Shown piece by piece: positions 8,025 to 16,812 of a DNA stretch of 64,000 nucleotides. The position numbers and the translations under genes were made by a program. The DNA comes from an uncultured Bacteroidales bacterium (lineage in GTDB: Bacteria > Bacteroidota > Bacteroidia > Bacteroidales > UBA1402). Below the pieces are notes generated by a model, which worked only from the letters and a program-made list of their open reading frames with translations, searched no databases and was not told the origin of the DNA. The DNA is taken from NCBI GenBank assembly GCA_942493385.1, contig OW818699.1, positions 726,808 to 790,807 on the forward strand. The letters run 5' to 3'. The first letter of the stretch is position 1. Each line of letters opens with the position of its first letter.

Positions 8025-11000
8025 ATGCGGCTAATTGTTTCTTCACTCAAAACTCAATTTGTTATGGATATTCTAAACAAAACCACAGAAGAACTCATCT
8101 TCGAGTTGGAGAAATTGCAAAAAGAACATGAGCATTTAAAACGTTCATATGAGGCGGAATTCCAAGATCGAAAATATACCGAAGAGGCATTACGAAAAAG
8201 CGAGGATAATTTATTCATTACACTTCATTCCATAGGTGATGCTGTCATATCTACTGACAAAGAAGGCTTAGTGGTACGGATGAATCCAGTTGCAGAGGAG
8301 CTTTGCGGATGGAGCTTTGAAGAAGCGCTTGGAAAACCATTAAACGATGTTTTCATTATTGTGAACGCAGTGACCCGCAAACAAGTTACCAATCCGGTTA
8401 AAAAGGTTTTGGAGTTCGGAGAGATCGTCGGACTTGCAAATCATACCGTATTGATCTCAAGAAATGGAGTTGAATACCATATTTCTGACAGTGCGGCACC
8501 CATCAAAGATAAAGATGGTGAAATTACAGGAATTGTACTTGTTTTCTCGGATGTTACCGTGAACTACAAAGCTCAAATGCTGATCAAGGAGAGTGAAAAG
8601 CGCAATCACAGTTTATTGAATAACCTGGAAGCAGGAATTGTTGTTCATGCACCTGACACGTCGATTGTTATGAACAATCACCGAGCCTCTGAGTTGTTGG
8701 GACTAAGCGAGGAGCAGATGCGAGGCAAAGAAGCAATAGATCCCGCGTGGAATTTTGTGGATGAAGAACTTAAGCCATTACCACTCAGTGAGTATCCTGT
8801 AAATAGGATTTTGTCCGGAAGGCAACCCATTCAGAATCAAATATTGGGTGTTCACCATCCGCTCAAAAAGGAGATTGTATGGGTGACGGTCAATGGCTTT
8901 GCAGTTCTTGACAATCAAGGAGAAATCGTTGAGATTGTGATTAGTTTTATTGATATTTCCGATGGAAAGAAAGCGGAAAAGGAACTCAAACAGAGAGAAC
9001 TGGAACTAAGACGCCAAAATGAACTTTTTGAGTCGCTCATTAATAATCTTCCGATGGGTGTTTTTATGGTGGATGCACCTTCGGGCAAACCTCTGGTTGC
9101 CAATAAGTCAGCCCTGAAACTTTTAGGTCGGGGCATACTTCCTGATGCCTCCAAGCAAAATCTGGGGGAGGTATACCATGCCTTCAAGGGGGATACAGAC
9201 CATCCTTACCCAATAGACGATATGCCAATTTTGCAGGGCATGAATGGTGTGGCTTCCTACATTGATGATATGATTGTTCTTAAGCCTGACGGTATCACCA
9301 CCAATTTGGAAGTATATGGATCACCTGTAAAAGACGAAGATGGAACGATCTGGGCTAGTTTGGTGAGTTTTACTGATATTACCGAACGCAAACAATTGGA
9401 AGATGTTCAGACTTTTCTGCTCACCTGTGGTTATCCGGGTTCAGATGAGAATTTCTTTGAGTCGTTGGCGAAATTTCTGTCAAAAATTCTGAATTCCGAA
9501 TACGTTTGCATCGACAAGCTAGAGGGCGACGGTCTTACTGCTCAAACACTTGCCATCTACAACGAAGGTAAATTCGAAGCCAACGTTTCGTACACTCTTG
9601 GACAAACCCCCTGTGGTGATGTGGTTGGAAAAACCATTTGTTGCTTTCCAAAAGATGTATGCCAACTATTTCCTCATGATGATGCGCTTCAGGAGTTGAA
9701 AGCACAGAGCTACATTGGAACGACCCTTTGGAGTTACGATGGAAAGCCGATTGGACTCATTGCCATTATCGGCCAAAAACCAATGCAGAATACTGCCTTT
9801 GCCGAAAGTGTCTTAAAAATAGTGGCAATTCGTGCTGCCGGAGAATTGGAGCGCAATAACGTAGAAGAAGCTCTACGAGAAAATGAGTTAAAATTTCGTA
9901 CACTTTTTGAGACTGCTGATGATGCCATAATGCTAGTATGCGAAGGCCGTTGGGTAGACTGTAACGCAGGTGCGATGAGAATATTTGGTTGCTCCAGGGA
10001 GGAGATCATTAACTCGAGTCCAAGCAGATTCTCACCTCCTACGCAGCCAGATGGTCGATCTTCAAAAGAAGTGATTTTGAATTATGATGTTCTTGTCTAT
10101 CATGATGGACCACAGGTTTTCGAATGGGAACACTGCCGATTGGACGGCACTACCTTTTCGACTGAGGTTAGTCTGAATCGACTCGATTTTGGAGGCAAGT
10201 CATACATTCAAGCTATTGTACGCGATGTTTCTGCGCGAAAACAAGCTGAAATAGCACTTATTGATAGTGAAGCCAAATACCGGCAAATATTTGACAACAC
10301 TTTTGATATCATGGCCATTTATGAAGTGACAGAAGACCACCGATATAAAGTGATTACCTACAATGCTGCCGAAGCAAGTCTGTTAGGGCCTATTGAATAT
10401 TATCAAAACAGATACATTGATGAATGTATTCCTCCAGAATTATACAACGAGTTCAAACAGCATTACGAACGTTGCGTACGAGAAGAACATCTGATTACCT
10501 ATGAGGAAACGATTGATTTTCAGGATATTAAAAAATCATTTTACACCCAGTTGATTCCCCTGAAAAATAATGTTGGTCGAATTCATCGAATAATTGTTAT
10601 TTCACGCGACATAACTGAGAATAAATTGCTTCATGATCAATTGATCGATCAAAATGAAAAACTAAAAGTCCTCAACCTTGATTTGGTCGTAGCTAAAGAA
10701 AAAGCAGAAGAAAGTGACCGATTGAAGTCGGCATTTTTGGCTAACATGAGTCACGAAATTCGTACACCGATGAACGGCATTCTTGGCTTTGCCGAAATAC
10801 TGCAAGACCCTGAAATTTCGGGCGAACAACAACAAGAATATCTTCAAATCATTCAGAAAAGCGGTTACCGCATGCTCAATATCATCAACGACATCATTGA
10901 TATATCAAAAATCGAATCCGGATTGATGAAAGCCAATTTTAAAGAATCGAACATTAACGAACAAATCGAGTACATCTATACATTTTTTAAACCCGAAGTT

Positions 11001-11837
11001 GAAGCCAAGGGTTTAAAGTTTTCGTTTAAAATGACCTTGACTGCAAGGGAAGCGCATCTAGTCACAGACCGTGAAAAACTCTATGCCATTCTTACTAATC
11101 TGGTTAAGAATGCTGTTAAATTCACTGCGGAAGGTTCCATTGAATTTGGGTATTCGTTTATCCATGACCCTGATTCGCTGCTTTTTTATGTAAAAGACAC
11201 AGGCATTGGGATCCCAAAAGAGCGACAACATGCCATTTTTGAACGTTTCGTTCAAGCGGACATTTCCGACAAAATGGCTAAACAGGGTGCCGGTTTGGGT
11301 TTGGCAATTTCAAAATCGTTCGTCGAAATGTTGGGTGGAAAGATTTGGGTGGAAAGCGAAGTAGGTGTTGGTTCAACCTTTTATTTTACAGTGCCCTATA
11401 CCATTGATCAGGAATTAATGTCCAATTTGAATGACCCATCCTTAATTGATGGATTGCTTAATCAATCCAGAAGATTGAACATCCTACTTGCAGAAGACGA
11501 TGAAACATCGGAAATGTTGATGACAATCATCGTTAAAGAGTACAGCAATGACATTCAATATGCAAAAACTGGCACTGATGCTGTGGAAATTTGCCGAAAC
11601 AATCCGAATCTTGATTTAATCTTGATGGATATTCGTATGCCTAAATTGAATGGTTATGATGCAACCAGGCAAATAAGGCTATTCAACAAGGATGTCGTAA
11701 TAATTGCCCAAACAGCTTACGGATTATCGGTCGATCGCGAAAAAGCGATTGAAGCTGGTTGTAACGATTTTATAGCCAAGCCCATTAACAGATTGGAATT
11801 TCTGTCTGTCTTGCAAAAGTATTTCAAGAAAGAATGA
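8025..11837 (+). CDS. Cytoplasmic multi-PAS/GAF hybrid sensor histidine kinase/response regulator
   Basis: 1270-aa ORF; an alternative ATG at 8064 (MDILNK) is plausible. It has an N-terminal coiled coil, about five PAS-like segments and a GAF-like segment. The HisKA/HATPase/REC module is closely similar to that of the divergent neighbour. Confidence 0.9.
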   Translation: MRLIVSSLKTQFVMDILNKTTEELIFELEKLQKEHEHLKRSYEAEFQDRKYTEEALRKSEDNLFITLHSIGDAVISTDKEGLVVRMNPVAEELCGWSFEEALGKPLNDVFIIVNAVTRKQVTNPVKKVLEFGEIVGLANHTVLISRNGVEYHISDSAAPIKDKDGEITGIVLVFSDVTVNYKAQMLIKESEKRNHSLLNNLEAGIVVHAPDTSIVMNNHRASELLGLSEEQMRGKEAIDPAWNFVDEELKPLPLSEYPVNRILSGRQPIQNQILGVHHPLKKEIVWVTVNGFAVLDNQGEIVEIVISFIDISDGKKAEKELKQRELELRRQNELFESLINNLPMGVFMVDAPSGKPLVANKSALKLLGRGILPDASKQNLGEVYHAFKGDTDHPYPIDDMPILQGMNGVASYIDDMIVLKPDGITTNLEVYGSPVKDEDGTIWASLVSFTDITERKQLEDVQTFLLTCGYPGSDENFFESLAKFLSKILNSEYVCIDKLEGDGLTAQTLAIYNEGKFEANVSYTLGQTPCGDVVGKTICCFPKDVCQLFPHDDALQELKAQSYIGTTLWSYDGKPIGLIAIIGQKPMQNTAFAESVLKIVAIRAAGELERNNVEEALRENELKFRTLFETADDAIMLVCEGRWVDCNAGAMRIFGCSREEIINSSPSRFSPPTQPDGRSSKEVILNYDVLVYHDGPQVFEWEHCRLDGTTFSTEVSLNRLDFGGKSYIQAIVRDVSARKQAEIALIDSEAKYRQIFDNTFDIMAIYEVTEDHRYKVITYNAAEASLLGPIEYYQNRYIDECIPPELYNEFKQHYERCVREEHLITYEETIDFQDIKKSFYTQLIPLKNNVGRIHRIIVISRDITENKLLHDQLIDQNEKLKVLNLDLVVAKEKAEESDRLKSAFLANMSHEIRTPMNGILGFAEILQDPEISGEQQQEYLQIIQKSGYRMLNIINDIIDISKIESGLMKANFKESNINEQIEYIYTFFKPEVEAKGLKFSFKMTLTAREAHLVTDREKLYAILTNLVKNAVKFTAEGSIEFGYSFIHDPDSLLFYVKDTGIGIPKERQHAIFERFVQADISDKMAKQGAGLGLAISKSFVEMLGGKIWVESEVGVGSTFYFTVPYTIDQELMSNLNDPSLIDGLLNQSRRLNILLAEDDETSEMLMTIIVKEYSNDIQYAKTGTDAVEICRNNPNLDLILMDIRMPKLNGYDATRQIRLFNKDVVIIAQTAYGLSVDREKAIEAGCNDFIAKPINRLEFLSVLQKYFKKE

Positions 11838-11859
11838 ACCGACAGCATTCTATCTTGAA
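11823..11859. terminator. Hairpin between convergent genes (possible bidirectional terminator)
   Basis: TTCAAGA-A-AGAATG (loop aaccgacag) CATTCT-A-TCTTGAA gives 13 bp with a symmetric A/A mismatch. It overlaps the kinase stop codon. The flanking U tracts are weak. Confidence 0.4.
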
Positions 11860-11890
11860 ATACAAGTTTGCTTTCCAGCATTACCAATTT

Positions 11891-13444
11891 CTACTTTTTC
11901 GAAACCGCTGTCAATCTTAGTGCGAAATCATCATTAGTTGCTTCAAAAAAGAAGGGGCCGGGTTTTACCAGACAAATTCTTTTGGTGGTCATGTTCCAAG
12001 TGTCAACTGTTACCAATTCATATTCGGTATTTCCTTCTATTTTGAATCGAATCGGGCCAGCTTTCATAGCATAGGCTAAGTATGCCTGCCCAGGCTTGGA
12101 CAAGAGGAAGGTGGAGTCGCTCAAATGGGTAGGAGCCATTTCGTTAAAGGGCAGTGCTTCCATGAATTTGCGGAAGAATGCGATTCGAATAGGGCTTTCG
12201 CCATGAAGTTTGCCGCCTTTTCCCCACCAAAGGATGTCGTTGGGATCTTTGAGGCACTCGCCATGACCCACGTAGCAACCGTTCAAAGCACCAATCCAGA
12301 AACGCTGCGTCATAGTTTTGCCAGAAAGTTGACCCCAGCCGCGTTCAATGTTTCCTTCATACTTGCATTCGTCAAAGACAACCGGTTTTTTGTATTTGTT
12401 CCTCAGTTCCATTCCGTTTTCGAGTTTTGAGTTCTGAATGCTGGCGTGGCTCACCCAGGGTTTGGTGTGGTCGTACCAGACGGTGCCGTTATGGATGCTC
12501 AACATGCGGTGGAAGGGGTCTTCCTTGTTGATGATGTTGAAGAAGCGATCCCAATCTTCCGGGTTTTTGTTCCCTGCGTGGTTTGCTCTGGGAGGCACCG
12601 TCATGAAGTCGAATTCATTGGCGATGGACCACCACACATTTTGATAAGCGGCAAGCCTGGCGATGGCATAACGGATGTAACGGTCGTCATCCGCATCGCT
12701 CATGGTGGCAAATCCCCATTTGTCGTATGGATGAAACAAAACGATGTCTGCCTGGATGCCCAATTTTCCCAATTCAATCACCCGTTTTTCGACGTTGTTC
12801 CAAAAAGCAGGGTTGAACTTGGTGAAATCGAAGGTTGTGTCGGATTTGTGTTCGTAGGCAAAAGCAGCGGGTTCTATCTGATTGTATATGTACCATTTGG
12901 GGAAAAGGCACATGCGAAGTTTGTTAAAGGGCGCTTCCGAAAGGGTTTTCATGGTTTGCTCCTGCAACTCCTGGGTCATGCTGATCCACTGGTAGCACGT
13001 GGTCCCCACCGAGAAATGGTTTGCTCCGTCGGCGTGTTTAAAGTAATACCCATCTGTTATCTGGACAGGACCATGATTGCCTTTCGAAGGTTTGACGCAG
13101 ACAAAGCTGCCAGTTTTCTCGTTGAGCTCTTCCGTATTGCTGGTGGTCCGATACGACCAACTACCTTCTTTGTCAGGGCTGAACCGAACGATGTAGTTGC
13201 CATTTCCGTTGTAAAATCCGCTTACCTGAACGGTTTGCTTCTTATTGGTGAAGACAACAGTTAATTGAACGTCCGTAAAAGGATTTCCAACTTCAGGGCC
13301 TTTCAATTCGATGTTGAAGACTCCCCATTTCTCAACGGTCAGGTTTTTGGCAGAGAGGTTCCCAGAAGCAGTGATTAGCAGAATTAGCATGGAGCTAAGT
13401 AAGGGGAACATTTGTCGGGTTGTAATTGCTTTCATTTTTGTCAA
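11891..13444 (-). CDS. Secreted glycoside-hydrolase-like protein (DUF5060 N-terminal domain + DUF4038/GH5-like barrel architecture, recalled from memory)
   Basis: 517 aa with a signal peptide. The N-terminal motif WGVFNIELKG...NPFTDVQL...VSGFYNGNGNYIVRFSPDKEGSWSY is typical of DUF5060. It is the last gene of a PUL. Confidence 0.6.
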   Translation of the reverse strand: MTKMKAITTRQMFPLLSSMLILLITASGNLSAKNLTVEKWGVFNIELKGPEVGNPFTDVQLTVVFTNKKQTVQVSGFYNGNGNYIVRFSPDKEGSWSYRTTSNTEELNEKTGSFVCVKPSKGNHGPVQITDGYYFKHADGANHFSVGTTCYQWISMTQELQEQTMKTLSEAPFNKLRMCLFPKWYIYNQIEPAAFAYEHKSDTTFDFTKFNPAFWNNVEKRVIELGKLGIQADIVLFHPYDKWGFATMSDADDDRYIRYAIARLAAYQNVWWSIANEFDFMTVPPRANHAGNKNPEDWDRFFNIINKEDPFHRMLSIHNGTVWYDHTKPWVSHASIQNSKLENGMELRNKYKKPVVFDECKYEGNIERGWGQLSGKTMTQRFWIGALNGCYVGHGECLKDPNDILWWGKGGKLHGESPIRIAFFRKFMEALPFNEMAPTHLSDSTFLLSKPGQAYLAYAMKAGPIRFKIEGNTEYELVTVDTWNMTTKRICLVKPGPFFFEATNDDFALRLTAVSKK

Positions 13445-13449
13445 TTTAT

Positions 13450-14850
13450 TTATTTACGAACGAAATCAAATCTGTTCAAGTAGTTCTCCAGTTTGGTGTA
13501 TCCATCTGTACCTATCGTGTTTCCATCGTTCGAATCGGTGGGATTTGAACCATGGGCACTTTCCCAATCATCGGGCATTCCATCGTGATCGATGTCTAGC
13601 GGGGCTGCCGAACTTCTCAATTCTGGCCATCCGCCAACATCTGACGGCGAATCGATGATGCCGCATATTTTTGTGCTGTCGGGAACCTGATGTTTTTGTT
13701 TGTAGGTTGCACCCTCAAAGGTGGCAACACCGTTTCTGGTGTCGTTCACGATTCGGATGTCTATCGCATCACGTTTGGGCAAGGTGGCTCCAACATTTTC
13801 TAGAATGGAAAGGTAGGCTTGCTCTGCGGTTTGTTGACGAATTGCCATGGAGGGCCAAGGTGAGTCAAGCTTGACATACGACAAATCTCCCATTCCGCCT
13901 TGAGGTTGAACGCCTCCGTTCCAGTTGTCTGCTGTAACCGATGTATTTCCAAACATGAAGTTGTCGGCGACATACCATTTCCCGTAGTCGGTCTTAACAT
14001 TCCTGTAGGAGGGATTTGCAATGCGGTGCGAGTTTTCGCCACGTTTTGTGGCAGGTCCAGGCTTGTAATAGTTCGCCACCATATTGATGGTGGTGAACGC
14101 ATGGTTTGGATCGCCAACTTGTTGCTGTTCGCCACCGTAGCAGCTGTTGAACCCCCAATTGTAGATGACGTTGTTTCGATAATCGAAGTTCCCGCTGCCG
14201 GAAGCCATTCGTGGGTTTCGACTGGTATGGTGAGCAAAAAGGTTGTGGTGGTAGGTGCTGTAGTTCGATCCAGCAATGCCACCATAGCCATGTGCACCCT
14301 TGACGTGTTTGGAATTGTACAGGCTTTCCGAAATTAGGCACCATTGTACGGTCACACTATCGCTATGATAAATGGATAAGGTTTCGTCAACACTCCAACT
14401 TGCTGATACATGGTCTAGTAGGATGTTTTTAGTGCGTCGGCTGGAAACGGCATCCGCATCCGTTCCTGACTCGTCCCCGAAACGTACTCTGATGTAACGA
14501 ATGATGACTTGATCGGCAGCAATGTTGAGGGGGTATCTTCGTAAACAGATGCCATCACCTGGCGCAGTTTGCCCAGCAATGGTGATGTAAGGGTCTCGTA
14601 TGGTCAAGTTACGGTCCAAAATAATTGTGCCTGAGACGCGAAATACAACGATCCTAGGTCCGGCTGCCTCCACCGCTTCGCGTAGACTTCCCTCCCCGTT
14701 GTCATTGAGATTGGTTACCTCGTAGACTTTACCGCCTCGTCCACCAACTGTGAATTTTCCAAATCCTTCGGCTCCTGGGAAAGAAACAAGTTGGGCATTC
14801 ACTGGAAAAAAAGAAAGAAGTAGGAACAAAAAAGATAGATACTTTTTCAT
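13450..14850 (-). CDS. Pectate lyase, PL1 family
   Basis: Signal peptide followed by FPGAEGFGKFTVGGRGGKVYEVTNLNDNGEGSLREAV, and beta-helix-like sequence. The C-terminus has an acidic DIDHDGMPDDWE segment. Confidence 0.8.
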   Translation of the reverse strand: MKKYLSFLFLLLSFFPVNAQLVSFPGAEGFGKFTVGGRGGKVYEVTNLNDNGEGSLREAVEAAGPRIVVFRVSGTIILDRNLTIRDPYITIAGQTAPGDGICLRRYPLNIAADQVIIRYIRVRFGDESGTDADAVSSRRTKNILLDHVSASWSVDETLSIYHSDSVTVQWCLISESLYNSKHVKGAHGYGGIAGSNYSTYHHNLFAHHTSRNPRMASGSGNFDYRNNVIYNWGFNSCYGGEQQQVGDPNHAFTTINMVANYYKPGPATKRGENSHRIANPSYRNVKTDYGKWYVADNFMFGNTSVTADNWNGGVQPQGGMGDLSYVKLDSPWPSMAIRQQTAEQAYLSILENVGATLPKRDAIDIRIVNDTRNGVATFEGATYKQKHQVPDSTKICGIIDSPSDVGGWPELRSSAAPLDIDHDGMPDDWESAHGSNPTDSNDGNTIGTDGYTKLENYLNRFDFVRK

Positions 14851-14923
14851 TGTTTTTCATGTATTAAACTGATATCAAAAACTTGGTACGGAATTCGTTG
14901 CCATATTCCTATCTCAGAAGTAA

Positions 14924-14931
14924 CAAATATA
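14924..14931 (-). promoter_or_regulatory. Candidate -7 promoter box (TATATTTG on the minus strand) for the PL1/hydrolase unit
   Basis: Plus-strand CAAATATA lies downstream of the susD terminator and ~70 nt upstream of the PL1 ATG. Confidence 0.35.
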
Positions 14932-14976
14932 ATCCGTTAGACAATGCATTGATTGAGATGTCGGCAATTTTATTCG

Positions 14977-15027
14977 TAAAAAAAAGAGGGACACTCCTAA
15001 AAAGTTTTCAACATTGAGTGTCCCTCT
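14977..15027 (-). terminator. Rho-independent terminator after the SusD-like gene
   Basis: 12-bp perfect stem AGAGGGACACTC (14985-14996) / GAGTGTCCCTCT (15016-15027). On the minus strand it is followed by TTTTTTTT (the complement of the A run at 14977-14984). Confidence 0.8.
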
Positions 15028-15045
15028 TGAATTAATTCCTAAACA

Positions 15046-16794
15046 TTAGAAACCAGGATTTTGGTCTGCTTCTGTCAATGCATCATTAAGTGTAATGGCA
15101 TCTTCGGGTATTGGACGTAAATTGTATCTGTCAGCAGCGATTTCCGCTTCTGTTTTTCCAGCATAGTCGGTATTGTACCTTGCCAGCATATACCTTAACA
15201 TCCCGGTACGTCTGAGCAACTGCCATCTTCCATTAAACTCACCAAACTGTTCAAGGCCTGCTTCTATCAAATAGGCCTCAAGAGCTGTTGTTTTATCCGT
15301 TTTCCCAACCAAACGATTGGGAAGACTGGCTCCCGCAGGGTCAATTTTGTTTCCGGGCCGATTAATTACAACCTGAACTGTGTTTGCAGCATCCGTATAC
15401 AATCCAAGAGCAATTTGTGCTTCTGCCTTCATGAAGTAGGTTTCGGCAAGTCTAGCAAGAACTACATCACGCATACCAGCGGTACGGGATTGGGTTGTTC
15501 CTGCTGCATTTTGTAAATCATCAAACTTGCGCACTACTGGCAATCGTTCGTCCTTATTGGTTACACCTTGAATCTGACCATAAACTTGTGATAGATAATG
15601 AGCCTGATTGTTTGTAATTGGGAACATGTAAATGTTCGTAGCAGGTGTTAGTCCTTGAGCTGTAAGTTGAGCTTTCCAGGCATCGTAGTCTGTTTGCGTA
15701 AAAGTAACATTATCAGTATACAATCTGGGGAAATACATTCTTACTTTTTCGGTAGCCCACGTCGATTTCGTGTAATAATTGTGATAATTATTAAGGAGGA
15801 AAGGCATGACTGTCGTTTGAAGTCTACTGTCGTTCGGTGTAAAATTCATGTATACTGCATGAACCGGCAAATATCCTTGTGCTGTTTGTTTGCGCAAAAT
15901 GGTAGTTCCTGTGCTGCCTCCACTATAAGATGCAAAGAGTGAATACTGACAATTCCCATCCTTTTGCGCGTCGCCTATTGCTCCTGTGGCGTTGCTAAAT
16001 TGGACCGAAAATATAAATTCCTGATTATTCTCTTTTGTAGGATCCCATACATTGGCAAACGATTGTGTAATACCACCCTTGGTGGTAATAACCGAATCTG
16101 CATAACTTATGGCCTTGGTAAAATCGGTATTTGCATTGAGATCCCAACCTCTTGTCAAATACACCTTGGCCAGATAGTGATTTGCAACATCCTTATTTAC
16201 CTGTCCTGCCACTGCTTGAGCCGCTGTTTTTAAATTTGGCAAAGCGGTTTCCATTTCCGAAATTATAAATTGATAAGAATCTTGCAGTGATGAACGAGGC
16301 ATACTCAATCTAACAGCATCCGTGTATTCGGTATTGATAACAATTCCACCCATTTGTTCCAACAACATAAAATGGTAAAAGGCTCTTAGGAATCTCAATT
16401 CTGCCTCCGTTACCAATTTATCAGCTGCGGTCAAAGGGGGAAGATTAATAAAGTATAGCCCTGCATTTGCATATTGAATGCCTGTGTAGCACCTTTTGTA
16501 CAAATCCATTACTGCACTTGCATTTGCTTCAAAATTATAGTCTGCATAATTTGAATTAACGCCATAACCCTTTAAGTATAAGTCTGTACCGTCCAACTCC
16601 AAAATGGGGGTTCCTTTATACAGCTCTCTCAGTTGAGAATACGTTGCAGTTTTAAGCGTGTTATAGCCCAATACGGTGCTATAAAAAACTTCATTTCCAA
16701 TTCCTCCTTTATTTTCCTCTTCCAAAAAGTTGGAACAGCCAATAAAGCCAAGGAAAGAAAAAACTATTAATACATATAAGATTGATTTTTTCAT
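15046..16794 (-). CDS. SusD/RagB-family nutrient-binding outer-membrane lipoprotein
   Basis: 582 aa with a lipoprotein signal (FLGFIGCSN). It sits 18 nt downstream of the SusC-like gene and has typical SusD-like sequence character. Confidence 0.85.
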   Translation of the reverse strand: MKKSILYVLIVFSFLGFIGCSNFLEEENKGGIGNEVFYSTVLGYNTLKTATYSQLRELYKGTPILELDGTDLYLKGYGVNSNYADYNFEANASAVMDLYKRCYTGIQYANAGLYFINLPPLTAADKLVTEAELRFLRAFYHFMLLEQMGGIVINTEYTDAVRLSMPRSSLQDSYQFIISEMETALPNLKTAAQAVAGQVNKDVANHYLAKVYLTRGWDLNANTDFTKAISYADSVITTKGGITQSFANVWDPTKENNQEFIFSVQFSNATGAIGDAQKDGNCQYSLFASYSGGSTGTTILRKQTAQGYLPVHAVYMNFTPNDSRLQTTVMPFLLNNYHNYYTKSTWATEKVRMYFPRLYTDNVTFTQTDYDAWKAQLTAQGLTPATNIYMFPITNNQAHYLSQVYGQIQGVTNKDERLPVVRKFDDLQNAAGTTQSRTAGMRDVVLARLAETYFMKAEAQIALGLYTDAANTVQVVINRPGNKIDPAGASLPNRLVGKTDKTTALEAYLIEAGLEQFGEFNGRWQLLRRTGMLRYMLARYNTDYAGKTEAEIAADRYNLRPIPEDAITLNDALTEADQNPGF

Positions 16795-16812
16795 TTTAAC
16801 TAATATTTAAGA

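Noticed and set aside
10677-11837. Kinase C-terminal modules (also 5413-6603) considered as a recent inverted duplication able to mediate inversion of the intervening segment
   Set aside because: The nucleotide sequences differ at most synonymous positions even where the proteins are identical. There is therefore no long stretch of DNA identity to support recombination.
12446-13264. 272-aa plus-strand ORF antisense to the DUF4038-like hydrolase gene
   Set aside because: It lies entirely inside a well-supported minus-strand gene. Its translation has low-complexity Val/Gly/Phe-rich composition, no motif and no start context. This is a typical shadow ORF.
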